A DNA stretch of 64,000 nt from a virus, in the IMG/VR virus record IMGVR_UViG_3300022777_000128; one strand, written 5' to 3'. Every line of letters starts with the position of its first letter. Position 1 is the stretch's first letter. Made by a program: the position numbers and the translations under genes. Below are positions 19,721-28,157 of this stretch, one piece after another. The notes beneath the pieces were generated by a model, which worked only from the letters and a program-made list of their open reading frames with translations, had not been told where the DNA came from and did no database searches.

Positions 19721-20328
19721 TCCTCTTCGGTTGGTTCTTCGGTTTTGGGCATCTTGCGGATCTCCCCCTCGGGGCCGACGTGCTCGTAGAGCGTCGAATC
19801 ACTGACGCCAAACTGGCCAGCGATCTGGGCAACCGTCAAGTCGTGGTCGTCTCTGTTGGCCATGAGGGTAGAGATTTGCTGGACCTCCCCCTCGGAGAGC
19901 TTCGACGGTCGACCGCCCTTCCGGCCCCGCTCTCGGGCGCTCTCCAGCCCCTCCTGGACACGTTCGTTGATGCGTTCCCGCTCGAATTGGGCCAGGGCGC
20001 CGGAGACGTGAAACCAGAACCGGCCCTGCGGGCTTTCCAGATCGATCATCTCCTTCACGACGTAGAGGTCCGCGCCGATGTCGTGGGTAATCCGTTCGGC
20101 CTTGAGGATGAGGTCCTTGAGGTCTCGGCCCATGCGCTTGAGCCGAGTAATGACGAACGTGTCCTGTTCCCGCAGCGCGTCAAGCGCGGACTGTAGCTCG
20201 GGCTTCTCTTTGGCGGCTCCGGAGATTTCCTCGGAGTAGATCCGTTCACACCCCTCCTCTTCAAGGGCGTCGATTTGCCGGTCGAGGTTCTGGTTCGAGG
20301 TCGATACGCGGGCGTATCCAATCTTCAT
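19717..20328 (-). CDS. Serine recombinase, resolvase/invertase family
   Basis: MKIGYARVSTSNQNLDRQ catalytic motif, LAQFERERINERVQEGL helix and C-terminal HTH. Confidence 0.92.
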   Translation of the reverse strand: MKIGYARVSTSNQNLDRQIDALEEEGCERIYSEEISGAAKEKPELQSALDALREQDTFVITRLKRMGRDLKDLILKAERITHDIGADLYVVKEMIDLESPQGRFWFHVSGALAQFERERINERVQEGLESARERGRKGGRPSKLSEGEVQQISTLMANRDDHDLTVAQIAGQFGVSDSTLYEHVGPEGEIRKMPKTEEPTEEE

Positions 20329-20357
20329 GGCTCATCTCCGGTCGGTGAATGTGCTGC

Positions 20358-20666
20358 TTACGGGTAGGCTTCCAGGTCGTGCTCGCCGTTGAGGAGCTTG
20401 AGGACGCCGAAGAGACGCTCGAAAGCAGACTCCTCTGCCTGGAGGGCCGCGTGCTCGTGTACGTCATAGGGTTGGAGCACCTCGTTGCAAAAGGCAAGCT
20501 GGGGCTCGTAGGTGTTCTCTTCGGTCTGGACGACCAGCAGGGTCACGCCACGGATTTCGCGCTTCCAAATGAAGGGGCGCTCGTCGCGGGCGACGATCCA
20601 CCCGTCGGGAAGCGCGGGATCTTGTTCGCCCTCTTCGAGGTGAGGAAAGTTGGTCAGTTCTGGCAT
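20358..20666 (-). CDS. Hypothetical protein
   Basis: Acidic ORF from ATG 20666. Confidence 0.55.
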   Translation of the reverse strand: MPELTNFPHLEEGEQDPALPDGWIVARDERPFIWKREIRGVTLLVVQTEENTYEPQLAFCNEVLQPYDVHEHAALQAEESAFERLFGVLKLLNGEHDLEAYP

Positions 20667-20677
20667 AGCAGTAGTGG

Positions 20678-21034
20678 TTATTCGCGGGAAGGGTTCGAGT
20701 CTTTGAGGTCGAGGCCCCGGCGGGCAAGGTAGCCCTGGAGGGTCGAAGTCAGGTTTTTGAGCATGAGGTCCGTCGTCTCCCACGCCCCATCGATGTGGTC
20801 AGGGCAGACGTGGAAAAACGTTCCCTCGCCCGAATCCTCGTCGGTGGGAGAGGCTACGACCTGCACCGCTACCCATCCGGTGAGGTCCGGGACAGCCTCT
20901 TCGAAGGGTTCCCCGGCCCGGTCCGGATAGGCAGACTGTGGTGGACGAGCGGTTCTGCCGCACCCCTCAACGTCGCACTCGACCTCGATGGCGTCGGCAT
21001 AGACTTCGATTACTTCGGTTTCGTTTCGGATCAT
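20678..21034 (-). CDS. Zn-finger hypothetical protein
   Basis: CDVEGC and HVCPDH. Confidence 0.55.
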   Translation of the reverse strand: MIRNETEVIEVYADAIEVECDVEGCGRTARPPQSAYPDRAGEPFEEAVPDLTGWVAVQVVASPTDEDSGEGTFFHVCPDHIDGAWETTDLMLKNLTSTLQGYLARRGLDLKDSNPSRE

Positions 21035-21052
21035 GACAATAGTGGCTTAGTG

Positions 21053-21304
21053 CTAAAATGGAAGCTCGGGATCGTCGGTTGAATCTCGGTAATCCTTATG
21101 GAATCCAAGATTCTCGACCTCGATAAACTGGCGACGCTCGCGCTCTTCCATATCCTCTACCGGCTGGACGCAGGTAATCTTGTGGCCGCGCTCTTCTGTC
21201 AGCGAGCGGATTGTACTCTCCTCCTCGGGCGTTCGGGCAACAGCGTGCATCTGGTCCCCCCAGTGACCGCCCATGCGGTAACAAATGTGCTTCGGGTAGC
21301 TCAT
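21053..21304 (-). CDS. Hypothetical protein ending in DDPELPF
   Basis: Acidic tail resembles an SSB C-terminal tip. Confidence 0.55.
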   Translation of the reverse strand: MSYPKHICYRMGGHWGDQMHAVARTPEEESTIRSLTEERGHKITCVQPVEDMEERERRQFIEVENLGFHKDYRDSTDDPELPF

Positions 21305-21654
21305 GCGTTCGGGGTCATGTCATTGATACGTTTGTCTCTACCGGACTTTACTTCGCCTTTCTCGGGCATTTCCTCGACCCGCTCCGGTAGGGTTGGCATA
21401 GGTGCCCAGTGTGTGACGCGGTGATAGATGTTTGCCTCTCCTGGATCGGTAGAGATCGGCCATTCAACGCCGTCGGAGTGGAAGTATCCGTCCCCCACGT
21501 ACTCGGCCCGGAGAATTGTCCGTTTCTCACTGTTTGGGCCGTACCGGTGCGTCGTGGCCACCAGGATGTCTTCATTCTCGGGGGGAAGCTCCTCGCTGGC
21601 CACCCTCCACCCGTTTGGAATGAGCGGCTCTTGTTCGGTCGTTTCCTCACTCAT
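21301..21654 (-). CDS. DUF551-like phage protein
   Basis: GWRVASEELP..ILV..VTHWAPMPTLP. Confidence 0.65.
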   Translation of the reverse strand: MSEETTEQEPLIPNGWRVASEELPPENEDILVATTHRYGPNSEKRTILRAEYVGDGYFHSDGVEWPISTDPGEANIYHRVTHWAPMPTLPERVEEMPEKGEVKSGRDKRINDMTPNA

Positions 21655-22088
21655 CGTTTTTGGCTCGGATCGTTGGTTCGTAGAATACCGAAGGGCAGAG
21701 CACCCCAGCGCGCCTCCTTCATGAACTCCTCCCGTGTAAAGGTTTCCGTCTCCCTCCAGAGGGTGCAAATGTCGATGTCCTCTGGCAGATGCTCATACCA
21801 GTGAACTGGGAAAAGCCACAGCACGGCCCCGTCGTCGTAGCTACGAAAAACCTGCATTCCGACCGCTTCGAGAAAGTCGTCTGGGGCGTATCGGAGGGCT
21901 TGAACGTCCTCCTCTTCCGTTGGCACCCATTCGGGGTCTTCGATCTCATCCGGGCGCGTCGGCGGCGCGTGATTGAAGGCAATCTGGTCCGGTTCTACGT
22001 CCTCATCGAAGACGCCCCGTTCGGCGAGTAGTTCTTTGAGCTTCTCCATGAACTCCTCGCTCGGCGGCAACTCTTCGTCGTATTCCAT
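21651..22088 (-). CDS. Acidic hypothetical protein
   Basis: Tiles the operon. Confidence 0.55.
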   Translation of the reverse strand: MEYDEELPPSEEFMEKLKELLAERGVFDEDVEPDQIAFNHAPPTRPDEIEDPEWVPTEEEDVQALRYAPDDFLEAVGMQVFRSYDDGAVLWLFPVHWYEHLPEDIDICTLWRETETFTREEFMKEARWGALPFGILRTNDPSQKR

Positions 22089-22091
22089 CGG

Positions 22092-22325
22092 TCAATTCTG
22101 GCTCTTTGGTGAGTAAAGGTCCATGCTCGATTCAATGTACGCCTCCTCCATGCGCTCGGAAATCCCGACAAACGGGACCTCGAACGTGTCCTCTCTGGAG
22201 GTATCCCAGATCGGCTCCTCCGCGCCTTTGCGGACGATTAGCTCTTTGTCGGTCAGATCGTAGTGGGCGTACCCTTCATCTCCGTCGGGGAAGATGATCT
22301 TCTGTACGATGCGTGGCTTCTCCAT
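22092..22325 (-). CDS. Hypothetical protein
   Basis: Tiles the operon. Confidence 0.5.
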   Translation of the reverse strand: MEKPRIVQKIIFPDGDEGYAHYDLTDKELIVRKGAEEPIWDTSREDTFEVPFVGISERMEEAYIESSMDLYSPKSQN

Positions 22326-22328
22326 CAG

Positions 22329-23270
22329 TTATTCCAAGATTAGGGCAGAGAGTTGCTCAACAGTAAATGTGGCGCCAACGCGGCGAAGGTTGTCACCCGG
22401 CCCCATCCCCCAGCCAGGGTCGGACAGGTGGTCGCTTGCGGTTAGCCCCAAGCGCAAAAAGTCCATTGGCGGAATGTCAACTTCCAGACCGACGAGCGGG
22501 ACGGTAAACTCCGCGCCTGGAAGCGACCGAGAGACCTCCAGGTCGTACCCAAAGCCCGCCGGGCCGAGTGCCTCCCCTTCGGTCTCAATTCGCCACTTGC
22601 CTGGGCGGACCGTCACAAAATACTGCATTCGTGGGTACGGGAGCGTGAGGCTTTTCCAGTCCTGCATCGGCGCCTCGACGCGGACCTCAAGCCACTGGCT
22701 CTCAACAATGATAAGCGGAGCGGCAGTGTCCCAGTACCCGATGGACGGGCATTGTGGAGCGCCCGGGGGCCAGTTCGGTGACTGCCTGCCGTTGCACCCG
22801 GAGACACCAGCACGCCAACCACCAGGAAAGTAGTCGTGCCGACCCTCTTGGGACTTGAACTGCCAGATGTGGTGGACGCCGCGACGTTGGACGACACCAC
22901 CCAACCGGAGAACCCACTGCGGGGCCACCTTGAGTGTAAGGGCAAGGGCAAACGCCCGCCGGTACTCCAGCACCTTACCGGCCTCTACGTTCCAGAGAGA
23001 ACCGGAGATTTTTGCCCTGTCGGACCCCCACCACTTTCCACCAATGCTGCCCTCTGCCCAGAGCACGCCCCACTGCGCCTCCACAGCGGCCTCTACCTCC
23101 ATTCGGTTCATGTATTTCTTGTCCCCACCGGCCCACTGCTCGATACCAAACTCCAGGCTCGGCTCAACGGTCTGTGCGCTCACGTCCGAGAGGAAGAACC
23201 AAAGCAGGAAAAGCCCCGCGAGCACAACGATGGCCCGCCACAGATTCTTGTAGGTCAGAAGATCCCTCAT
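22329..23270 (-). CDS. Exported Trp/Gly-rich protein, outer-membrane beta-barrel candidate
   Basis: Signal peptide ending VSA-Q and many amphipathic strands. Confidence 0.5.
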   Translation of the reverse strand: MRDLLTYKNLWRAIVVLAGLFLLWFFLSDVSAQTVEPSLEFGIEQWAGGDKKYMNRMEVEAAVEAQWGVLWAEGSIGGKWWGSDRAKISGSLWNVEAGKVLEYRRAFALALTLKVAPQWVLRLGGVVQRRGVHHIWQFKSQEGRHDYFPGGWRAGVSGCNGRQSPNWPPGAPQCPSIGYWDTAAPLIIVESQWLEVRVEAPMQDWKSLTLPYPRMQYFVTVRPGKWRIETEGEALGPAGFGYDLEVSRSLPGAEFTVPLVGLEVDIPPMDFLRLGLTASDHLSDPGWGMGPGDNLRRVGATFTVEQLSALILE

Positions 23271-23560
23271 GGGCCGGTGATGTTTGTCGGGAGGTGCCGG
23301 AAATCATCGGGAGACGACCGTGTGCCGTGCCAGGACTTTCTCGGGCAGATCACGTAGTCGTAGGGGTCGCGGAGGAGCCGGGCAAGCGCGAGGATGGCTT
23401 CCTCTTCGGTCTGGAAGTACCGCGGGCGCTTGTCGGCGTGCTCTGGGACAACCCACGGGTCCTGGAGGCGCAGTTCCCAGGGCCACCGATCCATCAATTC
23501 TTGGATGGCCTCTGGAGCCTCTCGTAGCGCCCGCGGGTCCGGAGCGGGCGGGTCGTACAT
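23267..23560 (-). CDS. Hypothetical protein
   Basis: Start and stop overlap neighbouring ORFs. Confidence 0.5.
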   Translation of the reverse strand: MYDPPAPDPRALREAPEAIQELMDRWPWELRLQDPWVVPEHADKRPRYFQTEEEAILALARLLRDPYDYVICPRKSWHGTRSSPDDFRHLPTNITGP

Positions 23561-23564
23561 GGCT

Positions 23565-23891
23565 CTATTCGTCTGGTTGTTGGGGGGTTTGGCGCGGGCT
23601 CCCCTTTCTCCTCTCCGTGCCCTGCATCATGCCCGTTGGCCCTTTCTCGGGGTCCGAGGGGAAGAATGCCCCTTCGATGTATTTCTGGACAGCCTTCGGC
23701 GCGAAGGCCCCCACGATCCAAACGAGAATGAGGTTGAACAGGAAGTCAATGTTGGCGGGGTCCTGACCCTGGTACACGATGAGCCCAATCAATGCCGTGA
23801 GGCCCACCCCGGCAAAGAGGGAGACAAACGACATGAACCTCATCGATGAGGGCTTGCCATTGTGGTCCGTGAGGTAGCTCTGCTTACTCAT
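23565..23891 (-). CDS. Two-TM small membrane protein
   Basis: SSMRFMSFVSLFAGV.. and LILVWIVGAFAPKAVQK. Confidence 0.65.
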   Translation of the reverse strand: MSKQSYLTDHNGKPSSMRFMSFVSLFAGVGLTALIGLIVYQGQDPANIDFLFNLILVWIVGAFAPKAVQKYIEGAFFPSDPEKGPTGMMQGTERRKGSPRQTPQQPDE

Positions 23892-24331
23892 TCTGTTGGA
23901 GAGGTGTCGATAAAGAGGGTGACGGGGAGGTATCCGGGCGGCTCCTGGAGGAGGTCGTCTTCGAGCAAGAGGTCTGCAATCTCAAAGGCGGTTTGCTCGC
24001 CCACGTTCGGCTTCCGCATGATGGTGCCATCTTGCACCGCCCTCGCAAGCTCGCCGGGAGTTTCAAAGTCGATGGCCGCGCTCACGACACGCTCGCTCAC
24101 TGGGATATGGGAGTCGATCCAGGTATCGATGTCCTCCTCGCCCGAGGGGCGGACGTGGGGGGTCATGACCTTTTCGAAGCATTCCTTATGGAAAATGCCC
24201 TTGTGCCCAGTGACCGAGAAGAGAGGTCCATCACCGTAGTTGGTAATTTCCCCTTTGCGAGAGGCAATTGCTTTCATGCCCTCTTCTATAGGCAGTCGGC
24301 AGATGGCGCATGTGGGCGGTTCAGTATCCAT
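23888..24331 (-). CDS. Zn-finger plus helix-hairpin-like hypothetical protein
   Basis: CAIC..HKEC and KPNVGEQTAFEI. Confidence 0.55.
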   Translation of the reverse strand: MDTEPPTCAICRLPIEEGMKAIASRKGEITNYGDGPLFSVTGHKGIFHKECFEKVMTPHVRPSGEEDIDTWIDSHIPVSERVVSAAIDFETPGELARAVQDGTIMRKPNVGEQTAFEIADLLLEDDLLQEPPGYLPVTLFIDTSPTE

Positions 24332-24505
24332 AGAGGGTCTGCTTCACTTCTCGGTAGAGAGCCACATTGATGGCCGTGAGCGTGGCGATAAAGAGCGTGG
24401 CGTGGTGGAAGATCCCCTCCATCCGAGCGGACGAGTAGGTCAGTCCCGCCAAGGCGAAGATGAGGCCCAGCAGGAGCGCGTGTGCTTTCGTTTCGGGCAT
24501 GAAAG

Positions 24506-24772
24506 TCAGTTTTGGGCAGCGGGCCGATCTGCATCTTCCGGTTCCCCGTCAGTGGTGTAGTAGATGGTCACCTCAATGTCCTCTGGGTAGATCATCGAGG
24601 CTTCCGCATCGAGCTTGTTCTTGTCGACGGCGATGTCGAACTGGAGCGATGCCCGTCTCGGGTCGAGCTTCAAAAACCCGATTGCCGCGGCCACGAATGC
24701 GGAGAGCGCGCTTTCTGCGGCTGCCTTCGCTTGGTTGAAGAGGACTTGACTAATCCGGTTGCGCTGGCTCAT
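24506..24772 (-). CDS. Hypothetical protein
   Basis: ORF with typical codon use. Confidence 0.45.
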   Translation of the reverse strand: MSQRNRISQVLFNQAKAAAESALSAFVAAAIGFLKLDPRRASLQFDIAVDKNKLDAEASMIYPEDIEVTIYYTTDGEPEDADRPAAQN

Positions 24773-24886
24773 AGAATCGGGGAGTTGAATATGATAAGGG
24801 CAATCATTGAAACCACGAACAGGAAGACCAGCGCGAACTCCACCGGGTCCTCGATTCGTTTGCGACTGTCAATTCCTTTGGGACGG

Positions 24887-25084
24887 TCAACCGGCATTGT
24901 CCTCCACTTTTGCTCGGTCGAGAGAGCTACGGGAAACGCTAATCTCCCACTCTTTCTTACTATCGATTGGGAATACCCAGGCACTTTCGGGGTCGTCCTC
25001 CGGTAACTCGACGAGCCGAACGCGACCGTGTTCGGGGTGCTCGTAGACTTCGCCGGGCTCAAGTGTAGTAGATGTGTCACTCAT
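24887..25084 (-). CDS. Small protein, paralog of 27224-27454
   Basis: LEPGEVYEHPEHGRVRLVELP vs LEVGEVYNHEDFGRVRLEELP. Confidence 0.6.
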   Translation of the reverse strand: MSDTSTTLEPGEVYEHPEHGRVRLVELPEDDPESAWVFPIDSKKEWEISVSRSSLDRAKVEDNAG

Positions 25085-25496
25085 TGGAATGGTTGTCTTC
25101 GGTGATTGCGTCGATGCCGAGGCGCTGGGCGACCTCGTTTTGCACTTGCTGGGAGTACCAGCTTCGAGGCTTCTGGTCGGAGCGAAAGTCCTCGGCAACC
25201 TCTTCGAAGGTCTCCAGCACGTCGGAGACTGTGAGGTCCGAGTCCTCCAGGCGCCGATGCTTGAGTAAGAACCGGACGAACAGCGAGGTGGCCCCCACTG
25301 CATGATGGAATCCACGCCGGAAGGCTTTCTCCTCCTCAACGAGGTTGCCATCTTCGTCGGTTTGGTTCTCCGGTAGTTGTGTCATGCCGTTTCGGATGTT
25401 CTGTGAGATAGAGTCGAGGGCCTCGCGGACTTCTTCGGGAACTGGCATTAGGTGTAGGAGGAGGTGTGCCGTTCGAATTGACTCGACCAGTTCCAT
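25077..25496 (-). CDS. Hypothetical protein
   Basis: Helical acidic ORF. Confidence 0.55.
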   Translation of the reverse strand: MELVESIRTAHLLLHLMPVPEEVREALDSISQNIRNGMTQLPENQTDEDGNLVEEEKAFRRGFHHAVGATSLFVRFLLKHRRLEDSDLTVSDVLETFEEVAEDFRSDQKPRSWYSQQVQNEVAQRLGIDAITEDNHSNE

Positions 25497-25792
25497 TCGT
25501 CGAGAACGAGCTTTTGGAACTCACTCTCGGTAAGCTCGATCTGGTCGTTTTGCTCCATCTCCAGCATCCGGATGGCTTGGTCGTACTCGTCGAGAAACTC
25601 AATCGGCTTGTCCAGGTCGATGCTCGTGCTCGTCGGGTGCCCGGCCTCGGCGGCCTCGACCTTCTCTCGAAACCGGCGAGCGGCTTCCTTGCAGTAGTTC
25701 TCGACGGCTTCCTCGTATTCGGCTTTGTGCTTCTGCCGGTTTTCTTTGACCTCGGCAAGAAGCTCTTCTTTGTCGACGGTGACTTTTCGCAT
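25448..25792 (-). CDS. Hypothetical coiled-coil protein
   Basis: ORF with typical codon use. Confidence 0.6.
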   Translation of the reverse strand: MRKVTVDKEELLAEVKENRQKHKAEYEEAVENYCKEAARRFREKVEAAEAGHPTSTSIDLDKPIEFLDEYDQAIRMLEMEQNDQIELTESEFQKLVLDEWNWSSQFERHTSSYT

Positions 25793-25814
25793 CGGATTGG
25801 CGTGATCGATGAGA

Positions 25815-26450
25815 TTACTCGGCGATTGCGTAATCGTAGGCGCTCGGGTCCGCGTCCCGGCCCAGGACGAGCGCTTGATTGTCGACCGGAATGAAGCAGG
25901 ACTTCCCTAACGACCCGATCCACCGGTAGATTTCCTCGGCGTGATCTCCGAGACGGTCGACCGGCGCGTTGGCGAGCCAGTTGAGTTGGGCAGTCGTGAT
26001 GATTTGGCGGTCAGACTCCAGTATTACTTTCGCCCGCCGCTGGGCGGACCCGCTTAGAGCGGATAAATCATGCTCCGCCCGTCCCTCTGCCCATGAAGGC
26101 GCGCTCTGAGCGGCCCGGAGTTTGCGGCGAAGGCCCTGCCCACCGGGATCGTACTGATCGAAGCGGGTGCCGACCAAAATCGCCGGATCGTAGGGCTGCG
26201 TGAGAGTCCAGCGTGTCGGATCCACGATTAAGCTCTCCTGACGGATCCACCCGTGAGAGATAAGCGGTCGGTTCTCGAACCGAGACTCCGGATGTACCGG
26301 CCCGCAGTACGTCCCGTATCGGGCCGCCCCCTCGACGACGCCCTCCCGGAGCATGTTCGCGGCGATGGCAAAGCAGTTGCCCGGCCAGTTCCGCACGCGA
26401 AGGTCGATCTGCTTGGCTACGTCTCGGGGGTCGAGCGCTGTTGGCTTCAT
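25815..26450 (-). CDS. Possible transglutaminase/papain-like protein
   Basis: GNCF..SHGW..IVDPT could be a Cys-His-Asp triad. Confidence 0.4.
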   Translation of the reverse strand: MKPTALDPRDVAKQIDLRVRNWPGNCFAIAANMLREGVVEGAARYGTYCGPVHPESRFENRPLISHGWIRQESLIVDPTRWTLTQPYDPAILVGTRFDQYDPGGQGLRRKLRAAQSAPSWAEGRAEHDLSALSGSAQRRAKVILESDRQIITTAQLNWLANAPVDRLGDHAEEIYRWIGSLGKSCFIPVDNQALVLGRDADPSAYDYAIAE

Positions 26451-26459
26451 CGGACTGGG

Positions 26460-26720
26460 CTAATCAACGAGATCGACGACTTCAACGTCATTGGCCGACA
26501 CGTCGGCCATGCCCTTTGGCACCGGGCCACCGAACACGAAGTCCATCTCCGACCCTCGAACCTTATCGAGGGCGCGATGGCGCATAAGCTCTTCGCGACC
26601 GAGCATGTGCCTCTTGTGATTCCAGTCGTCGACTGGGACTTGTACCTGGGCAGTGAGTCGGATGTGTACGATGGCAGTCTTCTCCTCTACCCCACCGTCT
26701 TGGTCGTGGTCCTGGCTCAT
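26460..26720 (-). CDS. Hypothetical protein
   Basis: ATG 26720, just downstream of the tRNA-like gene. Confidence 0.5.
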   Translation of the reverse strand: MSQDHDQDGGVEEKTAIVHIRLTAQVQVPVDDWNHKRHMLGREELMRHRALDKVRGSEMDFVFGGPVPKGMADVSANDVEVVDLVD

Positions 26721-26750
26721 TGGCTCATGTGGTCGTGAGAAAGAAAGCAG

Positions 26751-26881
26751 TGCCCCAGGTCGGACTCGAACCGACAATGTGGGTGGGAATATCATCCCGA
26801 AGCCAACCGACCGTCTCCCCGGCCCTTGACAACTCTACCACAGGACAGCATCCCGCGTATAACCGTTTCCGCCACTGGGGC
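26751..26881 (-). ncRNA. tRNA-like RNA with a 57-nt loop in place of the anticodon loop
   Basis: Acceptor stem GCCCCAG/CTGGGGC, D-arm TGGCGGAAACGGTTATACGC, T-arm GTCGG-TTCGAGT-CCGAC, anticodon stem GGATG/TATTC. No CCA. Confidence 0.75.
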
Positions 26882-26938
26882 GATACTCGATTAAGGTCCG
26901 TCCACCTCAATGCCTCTGCTCGGTCCGTGGTTGAAAGG

Positions 26939-27208
26939 TTAATCGATCATCTCCGCCAAGTCCGGAGACTTCTGCTGGATGAATCGCTTGAGGCCGTCTG
27001 GGGAAAGCTCTCGGTGTCGACTGGCAACCTCTCTCCACATCTCGTCGACCTCCTGGACGACATCTTTCGGAAGCGTCGCTCCGCTGGCCTGCTCCATTCG
27101 GCTCTGTAGCTCCCGAAGGAATCCGCCGAGCAGATCCACCATCGCGGACTTCATTCCGTCCTCCTCCTTCGTCCGGTCGTAGAGGTCGCTCCACTTGTCT
27201 GCGTCCAT
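26939..27208 (-). CDS. Hypothetical protein
   Basis: Helical acidic ORF. Confidence 0.55.
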   Translation of the reverse strand: MDADKWSDLYDRTKEEDGMKSAMVDLLGGFLRELQSRMEQASGATLPKDVVQEVDEMWREVASRHRELSPDGLKRFIQQKSPDLAEMID

Positions 27209-27223
27209 GATCCGAGGTGTCAG

Positions 27224-27454
27224 TCAGAGAATATCTTGGCTTGGGGATGCACCGTAATTCGGATTCCAGTCAAGGTCGACCATCGAAAGGCTCTCACGGT
27301 CGACGGTCACAGTGCGGTCCTCATTCGCGTCTTTCCCGCCGAGTATCACTACCCGGGCAGCGTTCGGCTCCTCACGAGGAAGCTCCTCCAATCGGACGCG
27401 CCCGAAGTCCTCATGATTGTAGACCTCCCCCACCTCCAACATGCTGGTGTCCAT
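27224..27454 (-). CDS. Small protein, paralog of 24887-25084
   Basis: Shared GEVY.H..GRVRL.ELP motif. Confidence 0.6.
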   Translation of the reverse strand: MDTSMLEVGEVYNHEDFGRVRLEELPREEPNAARVVILGGKDANEDRTVTVDRESLSMVDLDWNPNYGASPSQDIL

Positions 27455-27619
27455 TGAAGGGTTCGTTATTCTACCAGGAAACCCTCCCCCTGTTGGGGTT
27501 TTCCGTACAGTAGCTTTTCGGAAGGGTTTCTTGACACTATGCGACCCGAAAATGGTCTCCGCAGGGCGGAATCTCAAATGCCCTGGAAACTATAGTTTCT
27601 CGGTGGGTGGTTCGGGGGG

Positions 27620-28042
27620 CTACTGGTGGGGGTTCTGCTCGTTCATGTCGAACAATCCAAGTTGAGTTTCTTCCTCCAACTCACCTCGCTCTTCATCTTC
27701 GTTCGACTCGTCGCCCTCCGGTTCAGTTGTAGATTCCGCGTCCGACTTCGGTTGTTCGAGATTTAGCTGCCAGAGATGATTCGGCTCGCCGAACTCCCCG
27801 TCACGCTTGTTGTCCAACTTCTCCAGCACACCTTCATCGGTGAGGTTCGTGATAGCACGTCGAACCGAAGTAATGGGAACGCCCTCGAATACCGCATCCT
27901 TCACCTCGAATGGCGTGAATCGCTTTTCCGGGTGCGCCTCAAAGAAACGTCTGACCTTGTTCTCTTGACTGGCAGCATTGGCAATCCGCTCTGCCAAGTC
28001 GTCGCCGACCAGATCAGTCGTGTTATAGTAGTGATGGCCCAT
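27620..28042 (-). CDS. Winged-HTH phage protein with QLGLF tail
   Basis: YYNTT..FTPFEV..VPITSVRRAITNLTDEGVLEK..GEFGEPNHLW. ATG 28042. Confidence 0.7.
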   Translation of the reverse strand: MGHHYYNTTDLVGDDLAERIANAASQENKVRRFFEAHPEKRFTPFEVKDAVFEGVPITSVRRAITNLTDEGVLEKLDNKRDGEFGEPNHLWQLNLEQPKSDAESTTEPEGDESNEDEERGELEEETQLGLFDMNEQNPHQ

Positions 28043-28050
28043 CGCTCTCG

Positions 28051-28157
28051 TCGTTGTCCCTGCAAAAAGCACTACCGGGTGCCTCCGCCGTCCCTGCGAA
28101 GGGAGAGGTCACCGCCATCCCTGCGAAACCCTTGACCATGTGACCGCCATCCCTGCG
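28051..28157 (-). repeat. Mini-array of four repeat-core motifs directly after the tnpB stop codon
   Basis: Cores start at 28051, 28085, 28112 and 28144 (+ strand YCGYYRTCCCTGC), spaced 34/27/32 nt with unique sequence between. Confidence 0.8.

Noticed and set aside
26751-26881. Archaeal bulge-helix-bulge intron, group I intron or tmRNA
   Set aside because: The required 4-bp central helix (CTGT with GGGA) does not pair. A 50-nt insert is too short for a group I intron. A D-arm is present and there is no tag reading frame.
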